This document shows positions 49,121 through 62,437 of a stretch of DNA of 64,000 nt, piece after piece (positions within the stretch are counted from its first letter, which is position 1; each line of letters starts with the position of its first letter). The position numbers and the translations under genes were made by a program. A model generated the notes under the pieces. The model had not been told where the DNA came from and did not search any database. It worked only from the letters and a program-made list of their open reading frames with translations. This DNA comes from Tricharina praecox. Lineage: Eukaryota. The DNA lies in contig NW_026250415.1 of NCBI RefSeq assembly GCF_024521635.1, positions 1 to 64,000 on the forward strand, in the 5' to 3' direction.

Positions 49121-51688
49121 GCGGGCCATCATGAAGGATGGGGAGTTAGGAGTTTGCGATGCGGTTTTGCGACTATGTCACCATGGAAGGGTCTTTTTTT
49201 TGTTTTATGTCTGATTCGATTCGAGGTTCTTCAATACAAAAAGTAATCAATAATCGTTGTGTCGCTGGTTTTATAGTGTCCCTGCTTGTGATTCCAGTAT
49301 TGTGACCTACTGAAAGTCACGATCGCTTTGGCACCGCAGTACTCTCTTCCAGTCGACGGTGGGGTCTGGGGCCAATTAACAACGGTGTTGCACAATGTCT
49401 CACTCGCACTCGACCACGACTTCGGAGTCTCGGACCCGTGGATTGCCGACTGTCCAATCAATTATCAGCCGCCGGAAGCGACCCATAGCCTCATCACCGC
49501 GAGAAAGTGGCTCGGGGCTCTACCGGATCTGGAGACACCATGCGCGGTGGAAGCAGTGGACGGTGCACGTGGTGTCCCGTGTGTACGTAAATACACTGTA
49601 TGTAGATATCACGGCCGAGGGAACATGCTGTTGGCTCGTTCAACGCAGGCAGGGTTGTGGTGGAGCTTGTCCGCCAAGGGTGGCACCAACCACTTTATAA
49701 TAATCGAATTCACATTTCCAGCACGAAAAAAAACCCCGTGTGGTCTAATGGTCTGGTACCGGGGCCATGCAATCGGCGAGGGGAGCTGAGGGAAAATTAC
49801 GGGTTCAACCCAGGTATAAAATCTTCCTATTCAGCTCTTGTGATTTCCAAGCCACCCGCCGGGGGTGGTGACAGTTTTTGTTTTATTTTTGGCAAGACGG
49901 GTGGAGCACAGGAAGTCACTCGGTCATAACTATCACGTGACACCCCTGCGCTGCTGGTTTTTTTTCCCCAATCATCCCTTAGTAGATCATGGCAGATTAA
50001 ATAACTGTCTTCAAATGGCTGTCACTGACAGCTGGCCGCGAGCTCGATACCGGTTCCTTGTTGCTTTCTGCCCAGCCCTCCCCGTGAGTCAGCCCTCTCC
50101 GCTCCTTGCGCTGCCGGCTGTGGAGGCGAGAACCCCCACCTATGATGAACTTCAACATCGATAGAAGGGAGAAAGCAAAACGAACGGCCAGGAACTCCGT
50201 TCCCCTATACAGGAGGCAAGACGATATAAAGATGTATCAAGACTGGAAGATGGGTCGGCGGGCTCCTTAGGGTACAAGCAGTGATGAATCACGTATTGAC
50301 TGTAGTATAGATTACACTAAATGCAAATCAAGGGGTATGACAGGGTACGGCGGCCGGGTGACGGCTCGGCTGGGTAGCTGGCGCATCCAAGTTCCTATGT
50401 ACGCGCACTCACGGTCAAAGCCAACGTTTTACGCTCGTGGGGGGGGTGGGGGGGGGGGGGGGGGGGGGGGGGTTGCTTGCTACAGGTAACAGGAACGTCG
50501 AGCTGTATGGGGTTTCCCCTCTCGATGACAGGCTGACACCGACTCCCGACTCCCGATGGGTTTCAGAGGCGTCATGTCTCGTTAGAGTAGTTACCCCTCA
50601 CCTTCACCCCACCCCACCCACCCTACCCCCGCATTACCGGCTCGCATGTCTCTCGATGTCATCTATTTTCCTCCCCCGCTTCCAGCAGCCACCTTCCTTT
50701 TAGTGCCCCCCCAATCAGAATAGCGGGCCTTCTCTGGTGGCACGAGTGATAGCCCATGGAACGCAGTACCCCGTAACCATCCGAGGTTGCAGGTTGCAAG
50801 GTGGGCTAGAGGGAGCAGCTGAATGGCTGTTGTCGTATCGATTGGAATTGGAACGTGTTGGAACGTGCTGGAACGTGTTGTAACGTGTTGGGGCGTGTTG
50901 GTTGGGGTGACTCGAAATTCGAATGGCTGTTGTCACTCTAGTTGGAGTCTTGGAGTCTTGGAGATGCGTATCAGAGTATGGGCATGCTGCTGCTTGAAGA
51001 TGGCTCTCTGCATGAAGAGGCCTGCCTGCCCAGTGCCCGATGCCCAATGTGCAGTGAGTGCTGTTTGAGTTCCGCAGCACGTCGCACCGGGGGGATTGTC
51101 CGGCCGTGTGCGAGTAAGCATGTTTACGGTAATGGTCAGTTGAATGTTGATAACGGAAATGGTATGGCCATTAGTTTAAGTTATCGCTGAGTGGCGGTTT
51201 CTACCCGCATCTGTAAGTAAATACTTGGTGTGGTCCGTGTGGTGTGGTGGGATTCTGGATCGCAAAGCTGCTTTCGGGCCTCTAATAGTTACGCGCTGTG
51301 TTCTCGTGGTCACTATGCGCTGGCGGATACACCTGGACCTAGTCCCACTGGACTCCTCTAGTTATCGGTAATAAAAGATCCACTGACTGTATCATGTATG
51401 ATGTATCACGTATGTACTCCTGTGGCGATGTGCCGAGCACAGGTAGGTATACATATGGCCCAAGGGAATCCCGAAACTCCTCCGAAACTCCTCCGACGGC
51501 CTAACGCCGATGCGATCCTAAACGCCGAGGGCCACATCCCGATATACACCACCTATATATGTACGAATCATTCGATGGTGCATTTCCCAGGCACTTATGT
51601 ACGTAACGAAAAATAAAACGCAAGCCTAAGTACATAACGCCGCTACCATCCCCCCTCCCGCCCCCCTCTCAAAAAAACCAACAATCGT

Positions 51689-54010
51689 CTACGGAAACGG
51701 TACATACAGAAGATTCTGCCAGAAGTTATCCGCCTCCAAGCCGTCCATCATTCCCGTCCCGAACTGTACCGTCGTGTCCAGTCCGTGGGTAACCACCATC
51801 GGGTCCGGCAGCGGCGCGGCCAGAATCTCTTCCAACTCTCGAGTCGACAGGATGCTGGTGTTGATGGGCGCGAATCCATTACAATTACCAGTGCTATTAT
51901 TCGAAAAGCCCTCCACCGGCAACTCCAGCCACCCGTCGCTATCGCTATTCGCCAGCGACGAGCTAGGGGAGTGCGAGCTCTGATGAGTATATTTCGCGGA
52001 GGAGAAAGAGTTCGCGCTGTCGGTGGGCGACATGGAGAATGCATTTCGCATGCGGAGGTGCTGGGACGCCGCGTTCGACGACTCGGCTTTCTTGATCAGC
52101 AAGCTGAGGATTGTTGCGCCCTTTTCGGCGAGCTTGACGCGGCGCCCGAGACGCTCCATACGCTTCTGCCCCTCGCGGATGGAGGCGAGGGCGATGTCGA
52201 GAAGGTCTTGCGAGAGCGAGAGCGGCTGCGTGATGATGATCGCCGCGATCAGGACCGCGGGATCGAAGGTGAAGAAGTTGAGCGTGTAGATGGTGTGGTG
52301 GTGCTCTCGCGTGGCTTCCAGCAGCCGCTGTTGCGACTCGAGCACGGATATTCCGGCACGCACGATCTCGATTCGGCTCTTCTGCCGCGTGAAGACGAAG
52401 GGGCGGTGAAGGCCTACGATCAGGCTGTATGTCGAGCATCGAAGCAGTTCGGCCTGGGCGCGCAGAAACACAGTGTTCGGTCCGCCGTCGTGGCTGGTGT
52501 CCCGGTTCGAGACGGCGAGGCCGGGAGGATAGCACTCGATGATCGACTCAATACTGAACTGGAGCCGGTCGGTCCCCTCGAAGCTGTGCGACATGTTCTT
52601 GGCCGATTCCATCTGCAAGTCGTCGATCTCATTAATCATGTGGGCCAGCTGGTAGTCGAGGAGGCGCTGGGTGAACTGCGAAGGGGGGTCAAGTGGGCTT
52701 CGGGGGACGGGAGGCGTGCGGGTTATGTCATTGGGGATATTGCAGTCGAGCGGTGGGGTAACGGTGCAGTGTCGGTCGTTTATCAGGGTTGGTCGACCTA
52801 GAATCATGCTCATGAAGCTGACAGAGTTTGTTCGTTAGGATTGCTCACATCGATGGAGCTGTATGTAGTAGAAACTCACCGATCCCACACGTATAGGTTC
52901 GTCCATACTCTCTTCTCGATCTCACGCTGCCACAGACTGGCAACATTCTCGACACCACCATTATAGGTCCGCGGCTGCTGGCTGTGCAGACCGAGCTCCT
53001 GCGCCTCGCGAATCGACTGGCCCAGCGCGTGCCAGGACTCGATAGCGCGTCCCTCGCTTTTGAGCCACGACGCGCGCAGAAACCACTGCTGGACGCGCGA
53101 CAACGTAGCCTGATACGGTGCCAGAAGCGTCGCCAATTCGCACGCAGAGTTGCTGTACGCGATCGACAGCGATCGAAAATCCTCCTTCCCGAGGATATTC
53201 AGCTGCGACATCTGCTTGTAGTGTTCACGCGGCAGCATCTGCAGTGCCACAGCACACATTTGCAACAGCAACACCGGGAACTGCGATAATGCCCTTCGCC
53301 GCTCGCCATCGCCCGACTTGCCGTGCGACGGCACCGGAGGTGTCTTGGACGTGCAGCGCTCGTACCACTCCTCGAGCAGCTGACAGAACGAGCCTGGGTG
53401 CACACACCAGTATATCCAGTTGCACTCGGCGAAGAACACCTTGACGAGGAGCATGGTGTATGGCCGCGGGGGAATGGTGGTGATGATGCGGTTGTAATTC
53501 TGCAGCTCGGCCTGTTCGGCATTGTCCAGCACGGGCTCCGGTCTCCACGGACCGTCCTCAAGATCCAACTGTTCGGTCAGCTACGGTCCGGCATCCTCCC
53601 GCAACAAAAAAGAAAGAGAAAAAAGAAAGAAAACAAACCTTCTCGAGCACATCCACAGCGCTGCACCCACGATTCCGCACGTACCCGAAGGAACCGGTAA
53701 CTTCCGCGCTGGCCAGGATAGCCGATGTCGTTGTCGCCGTCGAATCGATAGGGCTCACACTAGTCGGCGACGAACTGTCCGACCCTCGGCGGGCCGGTTT
53801 AGTCTCGTACTGACAGAGATGGCTTGCCGATCGCAGGGTGCAGTTTCCACACGGCAGCTGTCTATCGCACTACGCGTCGTCAGTGTTTCCAGCGTTCCAA
53901 GACGAGAGGAATCGTTGTACTTTCTGTTTCCGCCTGTGGCATTCGGTACACGAAATGATGGGGCGTTGACGCTTCCGCTTCTTTGCCTGGGTCTCGGGCG
54001 ACGACGACAT
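51689..54010 (-). CDS. Zn(II)2Cys6 fungal transcription factor with Fungal_trans middle homology region, 712 aa; exons 54010-53921, 53869-53639, 53568-52880, 52817-51689
   Basis: SCTECHRRKQK|CDRQLPCGNC..CQY; AQELGLH; EKRVWTNLYVWDR|FMSMILGRP; LHRPF. Confidence 0.93.
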
Positions 54011-57000
54011 TGTGGGAGTTGGTGATCGTTATGTTGGGTGTTTCCGGTTGAGTGTCTCTGGGCGTGTATGACGTCGGGGGAGGGAGTGGAGGTGGGAATG
54101 GAGTCCAGGTAGCGATTGAGAGAGCACCAGGGCCCAACAAGGTATTTATCCGATTGCTGGTGTAGCTATGGGTCGCGGTGATTCTTTCGTTCGCGAGCTT
54201 CGCCACCTGCGGAATTATTGAAGACTGCCGAAAGAGGGGTTGTATCGTTTCGTACGCCTAATGAAGTGGCAGGGGTAATCTGCACCATGGTACGGTAGTG
54301 ACGGGATGTATCTGGGGGTGGGGGGGATGGATGAAGCACCCGTTTCCGTTACAATGGCCAGCATTCAGGTGATTGGTATTGGTGATGGTGATGGAAGGAG
54401 AATAACCGATTCCTGGATAAATAAGCACTCACTGAGCACTCCCAGCAACTGCAGAAGCCCGACTGCTTCGTTTGATGGCATTAACTGCATGTACATCCCG
54501 ATCAAGTGTCGTGGTATTATGGCAAGGACATATATGACGGCTGTCATTCTAGAACTCTTCTGGGGCTGAGTCAGGAATGGCCACGTTGAGAGTTGACCCT
54601 GCGCATCGATACGAGATTCGGAGTGCAGTAGTTACGATGCGTAGGCTTGTCCAGGTAGGCAGGAAGCTAGTTGGCCAGTAGGAAAGGCGTTTTGTTTTTT
54701 GTTTTTTTTGTTGCCCACAGCGAGAGCGCAGGCTGGCGGACTACTATTCCTTCGATAGCCTGTTGATCAGGGCTTCGAATGTGGTTTGCATCGGGGCCAT
54801 CGGGGCCTCTGAATTTCATGCCCGCAGTCGAGATGTCGACACTGGCTGAACCGTACGTACATACGGCTAAACACGGCCACCGGGAGACCAACAAGTTCCA
54901 CCATGGACGTCTTGAATGCTCGGGAAGAACCAAAACCGGGGGACCCAATACCGGTTGGTGAAGCTCCGGATGAGCCTAAGGGATCCTGTTCTGATTGCAG
55001 GAGGTAAAGCTCCAGATGGGCCGAAGAGGTCCTGTTCTAATTACAGTAGCTATTGACTATCTAGCTAGCAGTTCATTGACCCGGAGATCCGCCGAATCTT
55101 TTCTTCTTCTTCTTTTTCTTCTTCTTCATGGTCTACTGCGCGTGGAGGTCTTATGTACTCTACATAAGGTGGGGGCATCCGAACCCCATGCATGCTGCAG
55201 CTTTTTTACACCAGAGGCTAGGACGGTGCTACAAATGCCAGTGTCCCTCGACCAACCACCGGACTCTCCGGCTTTGGGCCGGTTTTCTGTAGGCATTCGT
55301 CTCGAGCTCGACCAGCTCCCCCCTAACTAAACCACGGACGTCAGGTGACCGTGGAGTCCGATCAAGGAGGATGATGGTTAGTTTTGGGCGACAATATCCA
55401 CCGGATTGTCCGCGGGGCCACAGCCATGGTCCCGGTCCAATGGCATCACCACTCGAACCAAGCAGCTGCGTAGTTGACGCCTATATACAATGTACCCTAC
55501 AGACCGGCATACGGTTCTATGTACCATACAGTATTCCCTACCGAAAGAACGTGCGCGGTACGGCCGGGGATATCACCGTATCGAACCCATGCCGGCTAGG
55601 TAGAGTACATACCAATGTTACCACCCACTGCAGAATGGTATCGAGCAGCCGTCAATCCAGTTAGAGTGCTGACATGGCTACTCTATGTACTCTACATTGT
55701 TCAGTACAGGGCACGGGGGGGAGGAGGGTGTGAGGTTATGGAACGTGACCAGATGTAATCCGCGCCCCAATCGCATATCCGCTGCTCGCCTAATTATCAC
55801 CGGCTTGGGCTATCCACTCCGCTAAATTGGTCGCTTATTACGCGCTTATGTCGTGAGCGTCCCCAGCATCCGTCCCGTCCTCCACGGCTCCGTCCACCAC
55901 CACCACAATTGCCCCGAGTGCAAATCTAGACGCTGGAATGATCTCGCCGGCCGTCCTCAAAGAGTCGGCGGCTCGACCTCCGATGCGCACGGTTCATGAT
56001 CCCCATTTAACTATGGCCCGATACCCAAAGCAGCATCCGCCAGTTTCCTGGCTGGCAGGCTGACATAACGCACATAGAGTACAGTCCATGGACCGGGGCA
56101 TTAAATCCCCCTCCATGCACGACGCACGATGCTCACGCACCGGGCAAATCCACAGGCCGACATGCACGATTCTCACGTCCCCCGCATACTACTGGTAGTT
56201 AGTACACATCGCCCCGACCGACCGAAATATCATATCGATCCACCCATGATATCCCTCCCACCCACATTTTTCCCGCCAACTTTAATCAATCCCGCAGATT
56301 TGCAATAGCGGCGTCAATGCCGGCTCCACCTGAAGTCGCAACGACAACAATAGCAACGACGAGGAGAACGACAGCAACAGCGACAACGACAACGACAAAA
56401 ACCTGTGATTACATCGCCTGGCACCGCGTTTGCGTGAGTAGTTAGTTGGCCGGCGAAATCCTTCCTGTTTTCACCGGCCGGGTCGGACGGCATGCACCAA
56501 CGAACGAAGTTACGACACCTGCGCATGTGAGAGAGGCCGAGACAGCCGTAATGCGCATCCCAGGTATTTGCCAGAACCCTCCGTATACGACTCGCTTGCG
56601 GGACTCCCTCCATCTAACTTCAGGCCGCCAGTTGATTGGTATGCATACATAGGTACATAGGCCGTTTGCCGGTGAGACTTGAATTTTTACCCCACAGAGC
56701 GAGTGCCATACGTAGGTACATACGGTAGAGTAGGTGCTTGGGTGAAGGTTTTCGGGAGTGAATCCCGATTCCATCCCCAGCAGAATTCAAGGGGTGTGGA
56801 GGAACCTTCACAATGAGCCCGGGTCGGCTGTTCGGAATGCCACAGTATGCTACCTACTATTCTTACAGTCTCACAGGTGTATCCGAGCATTCCGAACCAG
56901 CGAACGATCCACGTACGTACGTAGGTACATACAAGAGAGCATCAATGATCAGCCTGATATGGGATCTAGATTCCACCAGGTACATACATGCCTATGTGCT

Positions 57001-59425
57001 TACCAGTAACCATGGCCGCTTTGCCTGGTTGATGAAACTGCTTAGGGGGGTGGAGGGGGGTGTTGAATGCTTGAAATTCTCTGGCGCTGGGAACAGGGCT
57101 ATTTACAGACAACAGTAAAGAACGCACCGGACGGCACTGTGTTGTGCGGCGAAATACATCACTTCGCAGCACTACCACTCCCCATACCTACATAGAGTAC
57201 CTAGGGGACAAGAGACATAGCTGTCCGCTGGCCTGAACGTATATATCATACCTATCATACATGATACATAGCATACGGCTCCACGCTCCTTGGAGGCACG
57301 CACGGATTCTGACATTCTGTGCTCGGACCAAGACAGGTACACACCCCCGACCTCCTGATCCACGGCCCCGGGACCGTTGGGTATCATGTATGTATGTAGT
57401 ACGTACACATTAGAAAGATAATGTGCAAAACGTTAAGCACGAGTCGACGACGGCTCCGTCGCATTTCCCCCAACGAGTCACGACGCAACGCAGGAAGCCG
57501 TATATTGCTGCATGTGTACCAATGTATGCGCTGGAAAGTTATGTATTTAGACCTTCCTTCGATCTGTATGTACATACTACATACAGATGTGATAACATGC
57601 GCATACCTACGCAGGTAGGTAGGTAGGTAGGCACCCGGGTGTACATTCCGCCATGAGACATCACTCGGCAGATCTGATGCTTCCGGGGCTTCCGAGATCC
57701 CTGGTTGGTGGGTTGGCCAGCCTGCCTGCCAACCGGCCAATAATCCTCCACTCGCACGTTAGGTTTTGAGTAAGGGACGACAGTGAAGCGGATGGAGCTC
57801 CGCCGCACCGCCTCTTCCCCACCCGGTTCGGTACCTCCACTCGCAGTGGCCGATTCGTACGCAAGCAGCAAGCTCCACCATCATGGCCGTTGTCAGCCCT
57901 AGGCTACTGGATCATTCTGGAACTGTTGATAATTGATGTACCTACTACCAAGTATGTACCTACGACGTATGTACATATGTACTTATATATAGAGCTCATC
58001 TACCATGTACCTACTCGATCAATATGATAAGATTGATGATTGATCTTTAGTCCGTTCCCCAGGACAAGTGTGATGTAGAGTACCCAGGCACTTTATCGTG
58101 GCCTTCTAGGAAATCCCGCTCCCACGACGACATCGACTTCCCCATTAGATTTCCCCGCTCATCCCTCCAATGCCACACACACCTCCACCAGCCCACTCCA
58201 TCACTTCAGCCTCTGAAGGCATATTCCTTCCCTTCCCCGGGAGTCACTTTCCTACCGCTGCAGCTTATGTACAGAATTATAGTATGTACATAATGCAGCA
58301 CAACGGGGCACCTCCGAGGTGGGAGCTGCAGCTGTAGTCCTTCCATGCCCGATGAGCCAGGACTATATAAATACATCTAGGAAAGCTTGAGCAGCCTGTC
58401 TCGGATTCGGCGGTAATAACGAATGGCATGGTTAATAAGTTTTGAACCGGGTTTGCACAGAATCCAGATGAGATGACCCGCTCACGCATATCAAGAAAGG
58501 TCCCAGTTAACGGCTACCGGGTCTCGGGATAGCGGAGAGGCTCATGGGCTCATGGGCTCGATTTACCCCGTCAAGGTTCCTGCCCCCCCCCGCGAGCGTT
58601 CCTGGGATGGCCGGATGGCTGGTTGGCTGGCTGGCAACTGTCCATGTGGCACCCTACCTATGTAGACACGTGATTCGGTCCTACGGACGAGCACCCAGGT
58701 AGTAGGGAGGATGCAGTACTCTACTCTGGCCAGTCCGGATGCACCAACCAACCAACCAACCAACCAACCAACCAACCACTTGGCCAAGTACGTATGCTGC
58801 AAGTGAGCCGGCGTGGCACCAATCCCTCCATCCGTTCCTGACCGCATGCATCTCTCGCATCTCACCCTCCTCCCGCCGATCCTCCTCCAGCCAAAATCTA
58901 CCAAAACTGCCGTGTCGTGTACATCGAATAGTAGCAAACTTCAGCAGGTTCTCTCTTTAATTATCTTGCTCCCGCCCCCACCACACAAGCCTTGCATTGT
59001 TCTGGGCGAAGGGGGTTGGAATTGTGCAGGAGACACTTTATGATTTCCGGGGGAGGGTCGGCGCATCCTATGCTGGGCATGTCAAAACATCGCCTCTTCG
59101 CTTGCAGTGACAGTGTGTGACAGTGTGTGGAGCTTGGAGATTGTCGTTGTGGCGGTGTGGCGTTGTGGCAGCAAAGGGTGGCGAGTGAGATCGTCCCATA
59201 TGTGACTAGCGTGGTGCTGGAGGGACTCTGGTGGTGAGGACCCAAAAAACGGGTGTGGAACAAAAATGTGATCAATTAGACTAGAATTCTCGGTCGATGA
59301 TGATGATTTACAAGGTGATCACCCGATGAGGTCCGAACAACGACAGGAAGAACAGACGTGGTGACAACAGAAACAATTCAACGTTCAACGACCTCATTGG
59401 GTCTGCATCAGGTCTGCATCGGGTC

Positions 59426-59663
59426 CAGTGTTCGACCATAGTCCAGTCCGTCCGTCCTAGGCCTCGGGCCGGACTGGACTCTATCTTGGCAGTCCGTCCG
59501 GGAGCGGTGTTCAGACAGACTAGTCCAAAATGTTTTGGGGTCAGGACGGACTCCAGTCGACTGCATTCCCCTCCAGTCCTCGGAATCCATGGACGGGACG
59601 GACTACTTTTAGGCAGTCCGTCCAGTCCGGACTGCAATCCCGACCGGACTATGTCGAACACTG
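59426..59663. mobile_element. hAT-type MITE, younger copy (238 bp)
   Basis: TIR CAGTGTTCGAC(C)ATAGTCC / GGACTATGTCGAACACTG; perfect 8-bp TSD ATCGGGTC (59418-59425, 59664-59671). Confidence 0.93.
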
Positions 59664-60372
59664 ATCGGGTCCCACATCCATAACACGTGGGTCCCACCAG
59701 GCCTGTCCTGACAAAGTTAGTGCCAAGCTGCCTCTTGCTTCGCGCTCCTCAGTAGGTAAACCGCCGTAGCATCTGGGCCTTTCTCTTTTTTCTCTACACC
59801 CCATAGAGAGGAGTCGATCGAATCGCGGCCGTCATTTCTATTTCCTCGTTCCACGTTTATGGCCTTTCTCTCCTGCCCCCTCACCCCTAGTGGTATACCT
59901 ATCAATCTCTGTCGTAGCCACCGGGTCCATATTTTTCGTGCTATCCCCGAGCCATGCTACCTATTATCGTCTTGCCCACCGTCTGAGTGGCCCCACCGCC
60001 CAGTGCTCCGCAGCAGCAGGCCAAGTTGCAACCAACCAACTGTTCTACGACTTTCAACCCTAACCGCAAACCGAGTGACAAGCCAACGCCCGAGCGATTT
60101 TGGAATCTTGGAATCTTGGATGGCAACACAAATTCCTCACTATGAACCCGTAGAAGACGGAAGATACGGAGCAAACGGCTCAGACGCTTCAAAAAAAATA
60201 TAGGTAGGTAGACAAATAATACATACACGCACGGCCTGCTCCCTTCGGGCACAGCTCCAGCCTCCAGCGCCCTTCAAAGTTCAAAGTTCAAAGTTCAAAC
60301 ACTCCCATAGCCTAGGCTCTTGTCCTCACGAACCCAATTCCAACTCGCAGTCCAGCACCCTGTCCAGTCTGT

Positions 60373-62437
60373 CTACACGCCGACCAACACACCGCGCAAC
60401 CAGCCGTCGACAACGCCATCGCCGCCCTCCTGCAGCCCAGCGACAACACCCACGTAGCCATCCGGCCTCACGACAGCGACGGCGCCCTTCGCGACATCAA
60501 CGCTAAACGTGCCATAAACACAGCCATAGTGATCCCCGAGTACCGTCCACTCCCCCTGAGCTCTCACGCACGCCGGAAAATCCGTCCACTCGAGGTTGCC
60601 GCGCTCGCCCGGGAAGACGATTACCGTTTCTACGGCACCTTGCGGGAAGCGTGCGGGGATGTCGGCGGAGTACGCTGTGAGCAGTCCCGCAAAGTCGCCG
60701 GGGGTGGCGCGGAACGCGCTGGGAAGGAGGACTAGCAGCCGGTATACACCGGTGCTGGGCATGTCGTCTTGCAGGTCGCGCGGGTTCGCGTCCGCGAACC
60801 GCTTGGTTCGCACGTTCATCACTCGGCGTCCGGGCCAGAGCAGCCCGGACTCGCGCAGGCCATCGGTTACCACCCCGCGCACCGAGGTGTCGACTAGGGT
60901 GGAGCCAGAGTACTCGATCCCGCAGCCACTGGTGAAGCCGCCGCCAGTGCGGAAGACACGCAGGAACTCGTCGTGTGTGAGCCCGGAGGTGGTGTGGGAG
61001 GTTGTGGTGAGCGGGGTGGAGAAGAGTGTCGAGAAGGAGCGGTCGAAGGCGATTAGTTGCTCGGCTATGGAGTGGCGCTCGGATTCATAGGTGTGCAGGA
61101 TCGAGCTGGGGGCCAGGCCGAGGAGGGTGTGCGCCAGTTTCCAGGAGAGGTTGTAGGCGTCCATCATGGAGACGTTCATTCCCTGGCCTGCTTTTGGCTG
61201 GGTGGTGTCAGTGTGTATACCTCGACAGTGGAGGAGAAGGGAGTAGAGGCCATACACTATGGGTATGACATGCGTCGCCAGCAATGTGCACCCTCGGCAC
61301 ACCTTTGCTGTCGGACATCTGGAACTTTGGCGCCACTCTCTGCCCGATCTGATATGCCGCCCACCAATCGACATGACCGAACTCGATCGTGTACGGCGCC
61401 AGCACGCGCCTCGCCTGCTCCATTATCCTCTCCAGCGTAACCTTTCCCCTGCTCTCTTTCGACGCCACCTTGTCAGCCGCCGGAGAGTCCTCCATCTGAC
61501 AGTAGATGCGTGTGAGCACCGCCCCGCCGCTGATCCGCTCCCGTGGGATTATCATTATGCTCCCGGCACTGCTGTGGATCGCACAGCGCTTGCGGATGTC
61601 GGGGAACGTCGTCGTGCAGACTGTGTCGATTACGCCCCTGTACGTACCTGTCAGCGAGAGCGCGGGGACAGTGAGGGACAGTAAGATGTGCAAACCAGAC
61701 GTGATCGGTCGTGTCCCCCTCCAGACTCAAACCCATCCCCTTCCGGACCGTCGAGTGCGCACCGTCCGCGCCAATGAGGTGCTTACACCTGACCACCCTC
61801 TTCTCATCACCACCAGTCTTCTGCATCGTCACCACCACCGGAAACTCCCCCTCCCCTTCCTCGAGCTGAAACTTGGTAACCTCCCATCCCCGCTGCACAG
61901 CATTACCGTGCTTCTCGAGGTCTTCATTGAGGATCCTCTCGATCCGTCCCTGGTGGATAGTGACTTCGTGCGGATACCTCGCCGCAACCGCCACATCCGG
62001 CACGAAAGCCGTCCTCTCAATCCCCTTGCCATCGCCATCCGTCGGGTTCCAAAACGCAACTTGAGCGGTCAGCACAACACAAGATGAGAATCAAGGAAGG
62101 GGGTGGAAGTACCTTCATGCATCTGACACCCCTGCGTCAACACTTCATGTGCAAGATCAAGCGACTGGAGGACCTCCAGCGTCCTCGGCTGCAAGCCATC
62201 GGCCTGGCCCGCATGGACACTCTCCGGCTTCGAGTCGACGGTGAGGACGGAGGCGAGCCCGTAGCGGGCGAGGAGAACCGACGAGAGGATCCCCGCGGGC
62301 CCGGAGCCCACGACGACTACCTCGTAATTGTCTCCCTCAGTCGGCGGCGGGGCAGCGAGCCGCGGCAGCGCAGTGAGGTGCGCGGGGTTGATCCGCGTGT
62401 CGCGAGCGTCGTGTGCGGATTCGACGAAGACTGGCAT
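60373..62437 (-). CDS. FAD-dependent phenol 2-monooxygenase (phenol hydroxylase family), 631 aa; exons 62437-62113, 62059-61696, 61637-61256, 61197-60373
   Basis: [78 protein letters not shown], C-terminal VRPDGYVG dimerisation domain. Confidence 0.95.

Noticed and set aside
49734-49815. tRNA-like A box (TGGTCTAATGG) and B-box-like GGTTCAACCC
   Set aside because: No acceptor, D or T stems can be paired; at most a SINE or tRNA relic
50264-50283. CCTTAGGGTACAAGCAGTG resembling the TIR at 40613
   Set aside because: No partner inverted end found nearby
50437-50472. Poly-G/C tracts (also ~30300, ~37645)
   Set aside because: Simple homopolymers with no evidence of function
51785-52801. Long antisense ORFs opposite real genes (also 8515-9180, 48283-49023 and others)
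   Set aside because: Shadow frames expected from GC-rich codon usage
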